DNA of 64,000 bases from Vicinamibacteria bacterium. Its GTDB lineage: Bacteria > Acidobacteriota > Vicinamibacteria > Marinacidobacterales > Marinacidobacteraceae. The stretch lies in NCBI GenBank assembly GCA_964291235.2, contig OZ219815.1, positions 896,001 to 960,000 on the forward strand, in the 5' to 3' direction. This document shows, in pieces, positions 1-8,579 of the stretch. Numbering within the stretch: the first letter of the stretch is position 1; each line of letters opens with the position of its first letter. Position numbers and translations under genes: made by a program. Under the pieces are notes generated by a model. That model did not search any database. It saw only the letters and a list, made by a program, of their open reading frames with translations, and was not told where the DNA came from.

Positions 1-418
1 GTCCGCCGTAGCGCAGGTAGATCTGCTCGTCCGGACTGACGATGAAGAAGTAGATGGAGTGATGCCAATCGAAGTCGTAGAGGCCGACGTCGATGGGACG
101 CATGTTCGTGATGCGGGCGCGGACGAAGCGTTCGAGCAGACGTCCCCTCTCGGAATCTCGCGGCGACAGCACAACCTGTGCGTCGAATCGTCGGCCGGTG
201 ATTCAGGGCGAGCAGCGGAATTCGACCAGTAACGGCCGTCCCGTCTCTTTCGCCAGCGCCAGCGCCTGCTCGTAGTTGCTCAGCCATTCGAGAGTGTCGT
301 CCTCGAGCGGCTGTCCCCCGGCCGCCGCCGAGTGTCCCGGACCGCTCAGCCCGACGAACAGGCCGGCAGCAGCGAGGAGCAGGGCGCCGGGGCCTCTGAC
401 CGATGTGTGTTGTTGCAT
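1..418 (-). CDS. Exported thioredoxin-fold selenoprotein (CxxU), resembling the Trx7/PDZ (seleno)protein family; runs off the window start
   Basis: GGAAGGA RBS precedes ATG 418, then a signal peptide and WLSNYEQALALAKETGRPLLVEFRC-S-P-TGA(205-203). The frame stays open after the TGA to base 1: ITGRRFDAQVVLSPRDSERGRLLERFVRARITNMRPIDVGLYDFDWHHSIYFFIVSPDEQIYLRYGG. Confidence 0.85.
164..185 (-). promoter_or_regulatory. Putative bacterial SECIS hairpin
   Basis: Minus strand reads CGAC-GCACA-GGT-TGTGC-T-GTCG: a stem with one bulged U and a GGU apical loop starting about 26 nt after the UGA, similar to the E. coli fdhF SECIS (GCAGGUCUGC). Confidence 0.75.
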
Positions 419-575
419 GGCAGTCCTTCCAGGTGCGGCACCCATCCCTGGCGGCGCGCCACCGGAGGCACCCCGATCAGCAGAAACGGAAAGCAGTTTC
501 TCGGTGCGGCGCCAGATTAGAGAGCGGGCGGTGCAGATGCAACCCGCGCTCGCGGCTGCCGTCCAGCTCCGCCGA

Positions 576-1136
576 CTAGTCCTCCGAACTCCCTACCACC
601 GCAAGGGACCCGGGATCGACGGATGGTCCGTCGCCGCGCGTCACCGGGACGCGGAGGGCGTCCACCATCGCGCACAACCGGTCGGTACAGGCCTGCGCAT
701 CCACCTGGACCCAGCTCCCGGGATCCGCGCGCACGACGCGGGCCGCGAAGAACGAACGGTCTTCGAAGCCCCAGGTGTACCAGCGGAGGTCGGGCTGAGA
801 GAGTTCGGTCGGGCTCGTCTGGCGCCAGGGCTTCGCCAATTCGATCCCGGGTGAAGGGGTGATGCGCGTCGGCAACTCGGTGTCGGGGGTGGCCTTCCCG
901 GTCACCTCTCTCGCGCGTTCCACATTGTCCATCGCGTAGGTGTGCCAGCCGGGCTCGTGCCAGACATCGACAATGAGCCAGTCGCCCTCGATCCGCGCCG
1001 CGTAGCTCGCCGCGAAGGTGTCGCCCAGCCAGACCTCCTGGCGTGCCGGTTCTCCGGTTTCCTGAGCGGCGGCGGTTGCTGCGATGCCGGCGAGCATCAG
1101 CACCGCCAACGCGTTTGCGGGGATCAGGTCTCTCAT
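576..1136 (-). CDS. Secreted DsbD N-terminal (alpha) domain-like protein
   Basis: Signal peptide ending AAAQ, PGWHTY motif, C-terminal Cys pair QACTDRLC. Confidence 0.65.
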   Translation of the reverse strand: MRDLIPANALAVLMLAGIAATAAAQETGEPARQEVWLGDTFAASYAARIEGDWLIVDVWHEPGWHTYAMDNVERAREVTGKATPDTELPTRITPSPGIELAKPWRQTSPTELSQPDLRWYTWGFEDRSFFAARVVRADPGSWVQVDAQACTDRLCAMVDALRVPVTRGDGPSVDPGSLAVVGSSED

Positions 1137-1184
1137 TGAATCGTTCCTGGCTGGTGTGGTGTTCCGGAAGTAGTGCGGGGCACC

Positions 1185-1270
1185 CAGAGCGGCCCGGTTC
1201 GCCCGGCGGGGGCGGTGCGAATCGGGAGGAATACCAAGTGTATTCCGACGGATGCCGAACGCCGAGCGCA
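1185..1270 (-). repeat. Degenerate remnant of the MITE family found at 59816-60000
   Basis: Reverse complement GTCGGAATACACTTGGTATTCCTCCC matches the MITE internal GTCGAAATACACCCGGTATTCCTCCC; flanks show weaker similarity. Confidence 0.6.
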
Positions 1271-1293
1271 GCGGCTATTCTCCCGGAGAGCAC

Positions 1294-1313
1294 TTGACAA
1301 ATATTTTTGTCAA
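1294..1313 (+). promoter_or_regulatory. Palindromic operator containing a TTGACA -35 element upstream of the ArsR-like regulator
   Basis: TTGACAAA-TATT-TTTGTCAA, a perfect 8-4-8 inverted repeat 18 nt upstream of the ATG. Confidence 0.7.
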
Positions 1314-1331
1314 TGCTTTGATCCGTAGCCC

Positions 1332-1934
1332 ATGCTCGACATCGCCGTCATCGAGGAACCGGTCGCCGCCGCGCTGACGCTGGACCCGAAGCGGGCCCGG
1401 CTGCTCGCGGAAATGGCGGAACCGGTGTCGGCCGCGACCCTGGCGGCCCGGGTCGGCCTCCCCCGCCAGAAGGTCAACTACCACGTGCGCACCCTCGAGA
1501 AACACGGGCTCGCGCGGGTCGTGGAAGAACGCCGTTGGGGCGGGCTGACCGAACGGCGGCTGGTGGCGACCGCCCGCTCCTACGTGGTGAGTCCGGCGGC
1601 CCTCGGCCCGCTGGCCAGCGACCCCGGACGGACGCGGGACCGGCTGTCCGCCGGCTACCTGATCGCCCTCGCCGCCCGCGTCGTGCGTGAGCTCAGTCAA
1701 TTCCTGCGGCGCGCCACCGAGACCGGCAAGCGGCTCGCCACCCTCTCGATCGATACCGAGGTCCGGTTCTCCTCCCCGGAGGCCCGGGCCCGGTTCAGCA
1801 GCGAACTCGTCGGCGCGATCACGGAACTCGTCCGGCGCTACCACGACGAATCCGTTCCCGGGGGGCGCAGCCACCGACTGGTGGTCGTCGCCTATCCGGC
1901 TCCGGCGGGCACTTCCGCCAAGGAAACATCATGA
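1332..1934 (+). CDS. ArsR-like winged helix-turn-helix transcriptional regulator
   Basis: SAATLAARVGLPRQKVNYHVRTLEKHGL HTH; ATGA overlap with the next gene. Confidence 0.85.
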   Translation: MLDIAVIEEPVAAALTLDPKRARLLAEMAEPVSAATLAARVGLPRQKVNYHVRTLEKHGLARVVEERRWGGLTERRLVATARSYVVSPAALGPLASDPGRTRDRLSAGYLIALAARVVRELSQFLRRATETGKRLATLSIDTEVRFSSPEARARFSSELVGAITELVRRYHDESVPGGRSHRLVVVAYPAPAGTSAKETS

Positions 1935-2731
1935 GCATCAAGCACGATCCATCCGGCCGCCGCTCGATCCAGGTCGAAGCCGAGGTCCCCGGCACGCCCG
2001 AGGAGGTGTGGGAGGCCATCGCCACCGGCCCCGGCATCGGTTCCTGGTTCTACCCGACCGACGTCGAGGAACGCGTCGGCGGCAGCCTCGCCTACCACAC
2101 CGGTTCCGAAATGGACCACATTCCGGCGAAGGTGACCGCCTGGGATCCGCCCCGGCGTTTCCGCCACGAGGGGAAGGACTGCGGAGCGGAGGGGCCGCCG
2201 ACCGCCACCGAGTGGACCATCGAGCCGCGCGCCGGGGGCCGCTGCCTCGTCCGCGTGGTGCACAGCCTGTTCGCGAGCACGGACGACTGGGACGACCAGC
2301 TCGAGAACTTCGAGAACGGATGGCCCCAGGCGCTCGCCATTCTGCGGCTCTACCTCACCCACTTCCGCGGTCAGCGCGCCACCATCGTCCGGGCCTACGG
2401 CGCCTTCGACGGTTCGGTGGAGGACTCCTGGAATGCCCTCCTCGCCACGCTCGATACCGGCGGGCTCGCACCTGGCGACCCCTGGGCGCTCCCCGATTCC
2501 GACGCCGGCAGCCTCGCGGGGGTTCTCGATGAACTCCGGCCCGAGGGCCTCCAGCCCTGCGTGCTGGTCCGCCTCGACCGGCCGGCGCCGGGCATCGCGG
2601 CGGCGTGCGCCTACAAGATCGCGGAGCGGGCGACCGTGGTCCTCAGCGTCTACTACTACGGCGACGAGGGGCCGGCGGCGGCCGGCGACGCCGCCGGATG
2701 GCAGGCCTGGATCGCGGCGCGCTTTCCGTAG
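1931..2731 (+). CDS. SRPBCC / AHSA1-like domain protein
   Basis: EVPGTPEEVWEAIATGPGIGSWF, VTAWDPPRRF and GWPQALAILRLYL motifs; commonly paired with ArsR regulators. Confidence 0.8.
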   Translation: MSIKHDPSGRRSIQVEAEVPGTPEEVWEAIATGPGIGSWFYPTDVEERVGGSLAYHTGSEMDHIPAKVTAWDPPRRFRHEGKDCGAEGPPTATEWTIEPRAGGRCLVRVVHSLFASTDDWDDQLENFENGWPQALAILRLYLTHFRGQRATIVRAYGAFDGSVEDSWNALLATLDTGGLAPGDPWALPDSDAGSLAGVLDELRPEGLQPCVLVRLDRPAPGIAAACAYKIAERATVVLSVYYYGDEGPAAAGDAAGWQAWIAARFP

Positions 2732-2732
2732 G

Positions 2733-2880
2733 CGGGATTTCTCCTGCTCACGGCGCCGAAATCGACGCCGGATGGTTCCCCTCTCGGCGGGCACCCGACC
2801 AGCCGTGATGTTGCAGAGGCACGGGAACGCCGGCCTCCAGGCCGGCACAGCCCGCCGCAGGCGGGCGGCGGGACGGACCT
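2733..2880 (+). repeat. REP-like dispersed palindromic element, copy A
   Basis: GGATGGTTCCCCTCTCGGC...GGGAACGCCGGCCTCCAGGCCGGCACAGCCCGCCGCAGGCGGGCGGCGGGACG; near-identical to 35855-36001. Confidence 0.85.
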
Positions 2881-2913
2881 TTGCGGCTACGGCGGCTTTA
2901 GGATTCAGCGGCC

Positions 2914-3579
2914 ATGAGAATCCGCGCCGGCCTCGTCCTCGCCACTGGCCTCCTCGCAACGTCCGCGGCAGCGCAGTCCGGCCTCAACCTCGAACGGCCC
3001 TCCCACTGGAACGCGCGCTACGACGACGGCACGACGGACACGGATCGCCGCTTCGTGGTGATGCGGCCCGGCTGGCACGTCTTCGCCGGCCCCGGCGGGC
3101 TCTTCTGGGACCCGGGCAGCTTTGCCTCGGGCGCCTACGGGGTCAGCAGCACCATCTTCCTGTTTCCGGAGGGCGACCCGGACCAGTCGGGCTCCATCCG
3201 CCTCGACAGCCCCTTCGGTCTCTTTCTTGCCGGCAGCGGCCTCGACGGTGACTCGGCCGGCTACGTCTCGTTCGAACTGCGGAACGATCGCCACTTCCGG
3301 ATCGCCAGGCACTCCGGAGGGAAGACCAGCGATCTCGTGCCCTGGACAGAGCACGACGCGGTCGCGGCGCTGGGCGCCGAGGCTGCGGGACCGGTCAAGA
3401 ACGTGCTCGCGGTGGACGTCCGCGGAGACCGCACGGTCTTCTATCTGAACGACGCCCAGATCGCGGAGCTGCCGGGGGACCAGGTTGCCCTCGACGGGGT
3501 GATCGGCGTCCGCGCGGGAGCGGGCCTCAGCATCCACGTGACCGAGGTGGATATCGGCCCGAACCGCCGCGCGGAATAG
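2914..3579 (+). CDS. Secreted hypothetical protein (possible LamG/concanavalin-like beta-sandwich)
   Basis: Signal peptide ending AAAQ, beta-strand-rich pattern, KNVLAVDVRGDRTVFYLND; fold is an inference. Confidence 0.6.
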   Translation: MRIRAGLVLATGLLATSAAAQSGLNLERPSHWNARYDDGTTDTDRRFVVMRPGWHVFAGPGGLFWDPGSFASGAYGVSSTIFLFPEGDPDQSGSIRLDSPFGLFLAGSGLDGDSAGYVSFELRNDRHFRIARHSGGKTSDLVPWTEHDAVAALGAEAAGPVKNVLAVDVRGDRTVFYLNDAQIAELPGDQVALDGVIGVRAGAGLSIHVTEVDIGPNRRAE

Positions 3580-3600
3580 CGCCGCCCGCCGGGATCTACC

Positions 3601-4782
3601 TTGAAAAAACGCACCTCGCCCGTGGAATTTCAAGGTAGGGGCCCGTCCCGGGTTCTGCCGGTGCTTCCCGGCGCGGCGGTCCTCGTGCTGCCCGGGTTGC
3701 TGCTGGCGCCATCCGGCGGGAGCGCCCAGGAGATGCAGGCGGTTCCGCTCGAGGCAACCGCCGAGACCAGTGCGAACGCGACCCTGGGGGATCTCGATGG
3801 GGACGGCGATCTCGACATCGTGCTCGCGAAGGGCCGGCACTGGCCGCTGAAGGACTGGGTGCTCCTGAACGACGGCTCGGGCGGTTTCGCCGAACGCCAC
3901 GAACTCCCGGGATCGGCGGACAACACCTACACCGCGGCGCTCGCCGATCTGGACGGGGACGGCGACCTCGACCTGGTGGTGGGCAACGACCGCCCCGACG
4001 ACAAGCGCGTCTATTTCGGGGACGGGGCGGGTTCCTTCGCGCTTGCCGGAACGTTCGGCGAGGCGTCGTGGCCCACGCGGAACGTCACCGTGGCCGACCT
4101 GAACGGCGACGACCGGCCCGAGATCGTCGTGGCCAACCGCGGCGGCGCCGAGAACCGCAGCGCCAACTACGTCTGTGTCAACGATGGATCCGGGGCGTTC
4201 CCCGACTGCCGGGTCCTGTCACGGAATTCGGCGACCTCCATCGGGGCGGCGGACCTCACCGGCGATGGGTTCCAGGACCTGTTCGTCCCGCACCGGGACG
4301 GCGGCCAGAGCTTTCTCTATGTGAATGACGGACACGGCGGCTTCTCCGAGACCCACGCGGTGGGCCCCGCCGAATCCGCCACCCGGGCGGTGACCTTCGG
4401 CGACCTGAACGGTGACGGGAGGCTCGACATCGTGCTGGGCGAGCAGCGCGGGGGCGGGGTGTGGCTCTACCGGGGCCGCGACGGCGTTACGTTCGAGGAA
4501 CGCCGGCAGATCGCGGACCCGTCCGACAACGCCTACTCGCTGGCGGTGGCCGACCTCGATGGCGACGGGGATCTGGATGTAGTGGTCGGCAACCGTGGAG
4601 CGCCCGGAGCGATTCTGGCGAACGACGGCTCCGGAACCTCCTTCACCCGGACCCCCTTCGGCGACGCCGAAGGCGCCATGTACGGGCTCGCGATCGGCGA
4701 CGTCAACGGCGACGGCGCGCTCGACATCGTCGCCGGGCGATCGGACGCGCCGAACACCCTCTATCTCGGCAGCAACCGTTAG
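3601..4782 (+). CDS. FG-GAP/VCBS repeat beta-propeller protein
   Basis: Seven D-x-[DNT]-G-D-x-x-x-[DE] Ca-binding repeats after a signal-like N-terminus; start codon uncertain. Confidence 0.85.
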   Translation: MKKRTSPVEFQGRGPSRVLPVLPGAAVLVLPGLLLAPSGGSAQEMQAVPLEATAETSANATLGDLDGDGDLDIVLAKGRHWPLKDWVLLNDGSGGFAERHELPGSADNTYTAALADLDGDGDLDLVVGNDRPDDKRVYFGDGAGSFALAGTFGEASWPTRNVTVADLNGDDRPEIVVANRGGAENRSANYVCVNDGSGAFPDCRVLSRNSATSIGAADLTGDGFQDLFVPHRDGGQSFLYVNDGHGGFSETHAVGPAESATRAVTFGDLNGDGRLDIVLGEQRGGGVWLYRGRDGVTFEERRQIADPSDNAYSLAVADLDGDGDLDVVVGNRGAPGAILANDGSGTSFTRTPFGDAEGAMYGLAIGDVNGDGALDIVAGRSDAPNTLYLGSNR

Positions 4783-4814
4783 TCGAAGCCGCGCCGAGCG
4801 GCGGGGGAAATTCC

Positions 4815-5924
4815 CTAACCGGGAACTCCCGGAGCGACGAATCGTCGCTGCCCCATCGCCTTCAGGTGCCGATAGTGCGATCGGAGCGCCGAAGCGAACG
4901 TGGGAAAGGACATGTAGCGAACCGAAAAGTCCCGGCAGGTCTCCTCAACGACGCGGCGGATGCGCGGATAGTGGAGATGGCACACATTGGGGAACAGATG
5001 ATGTTCGATCTGGGAATTCAGACCGCCGAGGTACCAGGCAGCCAGTCTGCTCCGGGGCGCGAAGTTCGCCGTGGTCTCCACTTCGTGAATGGCCCACTCC
5101 TTTTCGATCGCGCCGGACTTGGGGTCCGGTATCGGAAAGGTCGTGCCCTCCACCGTGTGAGCCAGCGAAAACACCGCGGCCAGGGTCACGCCGGCGATCA
5201 GGTTGATGAACAAGAAGACCGCCAGCACCTGCCACCAGCCGTTGAAAAAGAGCGGGAGCACCAGGGCGTAGCCGAGATAGAACAGCTTGGTCCCCCAGAA
5301 GGTTGCTTGCTGCGACGCGCTTGGCTTTGGCAGTGAGTAGTTGCCGATGCGCCCGGAGATGATCCTCTTGAAATCGCTGTAGATCACCTGCAGGGTCAAC
5401 ATGCTGTACATCGGATAGGCATACAGGTGCTGAAACCGGTGCCACGGCCGCCATTCCTGCAACTGGCTCCACCGCATGATGGCGTTGGTCTGAATGTCCG
5501 TGTCCATTTCCTCGACATTCGTATAGGTGTGATGGAGGACATTGTGCTTGTGCTGCCAGATCATCTGGCTGGCTCCGATGAAACTCGCGGTGGAGCCCAT
5601 CAGCCAGTTGATCTTCTTGTTGTCGCAATAGCTCCCGTGTGCGCCTTCGTGCACCAGATTGAAGCCGACCAGAACCAGGGCCTGCGAGAGGGCAAACGCC
5701 GCGATGATCGTCGAGATCACCGACGTGGAAAAGAAAACCAGGAAGATGTACGAAACGACCAGCGCCGTCAGGATGATTGCCGTCTTGGGCAGCATCCGCC
5801 AGCCTCCCGTTTTTCGGGTCTTGAGGTCCGGGAATCGCTCATGCACGCGTTTTTTGAGCGTGGCGTAAAAGCCTATGTCGCTGTCGAAGACGATCTTCTT
5901 GTAGGTTGTTTCTGCAGTTGACAT
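4815..5924 (-). CDS. Membrane fatty acid (acyl-CoA) desaturase
   Basis: His boxes HEGAH, HNVLHH and QIEHHLFP, plus transmembrane segments. Confidence 0.9.
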   Translation of the reverse strand: MSTAETTYKKIVFDSDIGFYATLKKRVHERFPDLKTRKTGGWRMLPKTAIILTALVVSYIFLVFFSTSVISTIIAAFALSQALVLVGFNLVHEGAHGSYCDNKKINWLMGSTASFIGASQMIWQHKHNVLHHTYTNVEEMDTDIQTNAIMRWSQLQEWRPWHRFQHLYAYPMYSMLTLQVIYSDFKRIISGRIGNYSLPKPSASQQATFWGTKLFYLGYALVLPLFFNGWWQVLAVFLFINLIAGVTLAAVFSLAHTVEGTTFPIPDPKSGAIEKEWAIHEVETTANFAPRSRLAAWYLGGLNSQIEHHLFPNVCHLHYPRIRRVVEETCRDFSVRYMSFPTFASALRSHYRHLKAMGQRRFVAPGVPG

Positions 5925-5991
5925 GAATTGACTACTCTCGATCTTGAGGGTTGTGCTGATGCGCCGGCCGTACCGGCGTCACTGGAACCGG

Positions 5992-7950
5992 CTACCGATC
6001 CCGTGACTCCCAGGCGTCTTTCCCGTAAAGCGTGAACTCGTCCACCTCGAACCAGAACGTTCCGAGTTCGGATTCGCCGCGCCGGGAGAGGTAGATCCCC
6101 GTGCAGTTGTTCCCGTCCCAGAGGGCGGCATCCTCGGGCACCGCGACGGGGACGAGTTCGTCCGCCGCGAGTTCCACGACCTGCCAGTCCTCCGAGATCC
6201 CCACTTCCCGCCCGAAATCGACCCCGCTGCAACGGAGGGTCAACTCGAAGGCGTGGCTTCCCCTGGCATGGAGCCGGATGCCGCCGAGTCCCTCCAGGCT
6301 GACCGGAACCCCGCCACGGTCGAACGGCTGGTACATCTGAGCCAGCGGGCCGCGGGCGGCGCCGGCCGCGAGCGTGCCGTCAACCCGCGCGGCGGCGGGA
6401 GTCGAGGCCGCGCCCCCGGCGGCGAGGGAGAGATCGGCGCTCGAGACGCCGTTCGTGAAGGTGTGCCAGCGGACCCCGGTGTGGGCGAAGAGGTCACCGT
6501 CTTCGAAATCATCGAAGGGCAGCACCTGATCGGCCGCAAACACCTCCGGAAATGGCGACGAGGACGACGTCGCGGCGGCCATGGTCGGGGCGATGCCGTC
6601 GCGGATCGCCACCAGGTGGTTTGTCGTGCGGATGAAGAGCTGCCCCTCGGAGATCGCCGGGGTGGCGAGACACACCTCGTCCATGGTGTTCGTCGCGAGT
6701 TCTTCGTACTCCGGGCCGGCGCGGATGACGAAGATGTCGCCGTCCTCGCTCGTCAGGTAGATGCGGCCGTCGGCCGCGACGGGCGAAGCGGTGTAGGCGC
6801 CGCCCCGCTGGCCGATGCGCCGCTTGTACACCCGCTCGCCGCTCGCGGCGTCGAAGACGGTGAGGACGCCGTTGGTCGCCACCACGTAGAGATAGCCCTG
6901 GTACACGAGCGGCGAGGCCATGTACGGCCCGTCGCGGGGCGAACTCCAGGCGACGTGGTCATTGGACCGCGTCCCTTCGGCCAGCGAGATGTCACCGCTC
7001 GCGCCGGTGCGGATCGCGAAGATCGGGCGGATCCGGTAACCGCTCGTCAGGTAGATGAGCTCCCCATCCACCACCGGGGTCGGGGTGGTGTTGAACGAGC
7101 TGCCCGACATGCGCCAGAGCTCCTCGCCCGTCATGGGGTCGTAGCCGAACATGGTGCCGGCGCCGTTCGTGATCAACTCGGTCCGCTCGGCTCCCGCGTG
7201 GACCGTGGGCGTCGAGAAGGCGGAGATCACGTCCCGCTCGGTCCGCCACACCTGCTCCCCACTGGCCACGTCGAAGGCGGCGATGAAGGAGCCTTCCTGC
7301 TGGTCGGCCTGCACGATCACCAGGTTCTCCCAGATGATCGGGGAACTGGCGGCCCCCCACTGGTAGGTGTCGTCGTAGGAGGCGCCCGAATCCAGCGGAC
7401 CGAGGTCCGCCTCCCAGAGGAGCGCTCCGTCGAAGTCGTAGAGAAACAGGTTGCCGGTGGCGACCAGCACCGCGACGTGTTTCCCGTCGGTAGCCGGCGT
7501 CGCCGAGGCGTAGCTGTTCTTGGGGTGGCGCTGGATTTCCGGAGCCTCGCTGACCGCTTCGCGCGCCCAGAGCACGTCTCCGCCCTGACGGTCGATCGCG
7601 TATACGAACCAGGTGTTCCGCTCGCGGTCGGAGCGGCGGTCGATCCGCCCGTCCGGCCCGTAGCGGAAGACCGGGTCCGGGTCGTCGCTCACCGCGGTGG
7701 TCACGAAGATGCGGTCACCCCAGATCACCGGGCTCGAGTGCCCGAGGCCCGGAATCCTGGCCTTCCAGAGGATGTTGTGCCCGGTCACCGCATCCCAGAG
7801 CGTCGGCGGATCCTGCCCGTCAGCCACCCCGGAAGCCAGCGGGCCCCGGAACGAGGGCCACTGGAACCGGTCCGTGTCGCCCTGGGCGCCGGCCGCGGTC
7901 GCGGCGCACAGACTCACGCAGCACGCGACAACAGTCAGGGCACGGTCCAT
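5992..7950 (-). CDS. PQQ-like (BamB-type) beta-propeller protein with a C-terminal CIA30/CBM11-like domain
   Basis: WPSFRGP...GLGHSSPVIWGDRIFVT and repeated S/TPV...G blades; C-terminal FDDFEDG...GIRLHARG...FEVDEFTLY. Confidence 0.8.
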   Translation of the reverse strand: MDRALTVVACCVSLCAATAAGAQGDTDRFQWPSFRGPLASGVADGQDPPTLWDAVTGHNILWKARIPGLGHSSPVIWGDRIFVTTAVSDDPDPVFRYGPDGRIDRRSDRERNTWFVYAIDRQGGDVLWAREAVSEAPEIQRHPKNSYASATPATDGKHVAVLVATGNLFLYDFDGALLWEADLGPLDSGASYDDTYQWGAASSPIIWENLVIVQADQQEGSFIAAFDVASGEQVWRTERDVISAFSTPTVHAGAERTELITNGAGTMFGYDPMTGEELWRMSGSSFNTTPTPVVDGELIYLTSGYRIRPIFAIRTGASGDISLAEGTRSNDHVAWSSPRDGPYMASPLVYQGYLYVVATNGVLTVFDAASGERVYKRRIGQRGGAYTASPVAADGRIYLTSEDGDIFVIRAGPEYEELATNTMDEVCLATPAISEGQLFIRTTNHLVAIRDGIAPTMAAATSSSSPFPEVFAADQVLPFDDFEDGDLFAHTGVRWHTFTNGVSSADLSLAAGGAASTPAAARVDGTLAAGAARGPLAQMYQPFDRGGVPVSLEGLGGIRLHARGSHAFELTLRCSGVDFGREVGISEDWQVVELAADELVPVAVPEDAALWDGNNCTGIYLSRRGESELGTFWFEVDEFTLYGKDAWESRDR

Positions 7951-8168
7951 CCGCAGCGTCTCCGGACCCCCCATCGTACCCGGGTCGGGCCCCCGAGGGA
8001 ACGCCGCGGTTCAGACCTGATCTTCGGACCGGCACCGCCGCCCGTCGGGATCTGGCATCCATTCGCGGCCCTCCTTCGCCGCCTCCGGAGGATCTTCGCG
8101 TCGTTTCCGCGCCTTTCCGGCGGACAATCAGACCGGGATGCCGCCGCATCCCCACGGGTGTCTTGAGC

Positions 8169-8579
8169 CTACCCGCGCCAGGGATTCACGATCTCGACTC
8201 CGGTTTTCGCGAAATCCGTTTCGTTACGAGTAACGACCGCAAGGCGGTGGTGGCGAGCGGTCGCGGCGATCAGCCCGTCGATGACCGGCAGGGTTGGGAG
8301 TTGCGCCGCCAGACACCCCCACGTATCGGCGACCACCGGGCTAACCGAAAGGACACGACCCTCAAACCAGCCCGGCAGCTCCGTCTCGAGCCACGCGGAG
8401 ATTCGATCCCGCCGGCGCCCCCGGGGCATGCCCTCGACGCCTTTCCGGATCTCGCCCAAGGTCAGCGAACTGAGGAACAACCCGTCCGGATGGGCAGCCT
8501 GAAACCAATCGAAGACCGGCGCGTGCGGACGGAGCTTGATGAGTTCCGAAACGGCGCAGGTATCGACGAGATAGCTCAC
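8169..8579 (-). CDS. vapC: Type II TA toxin, PIN domain (VapC family)
   Basis: YLVDTCAVSE, IDGLIAATA and VVTRNETDF motifs. Confidence 0.92.
   Translation of the reverse strand: MSYLVDTCAVSELIKLRPHAPVFDWFQAAHPDGLFLSSLTLGEIRKGVEGMPRGRRRDRISAWLETELPGWFEGRVLSVSPVVADTWGCLAAQLPTLPVIDGLIAATARHHRLAVVTRNETDFAKTGVEIVNPWRG

Noticed and set aside
6253-8166. Long antisense ORFs (also 11468-13324, most of 14094-16109, 20312-22057, 33333-35192, 53595-54872)
   Set aside because: Shadow ORFs opposite well-supported genes, expected from high-GC codon bias; no recognisable motifs.
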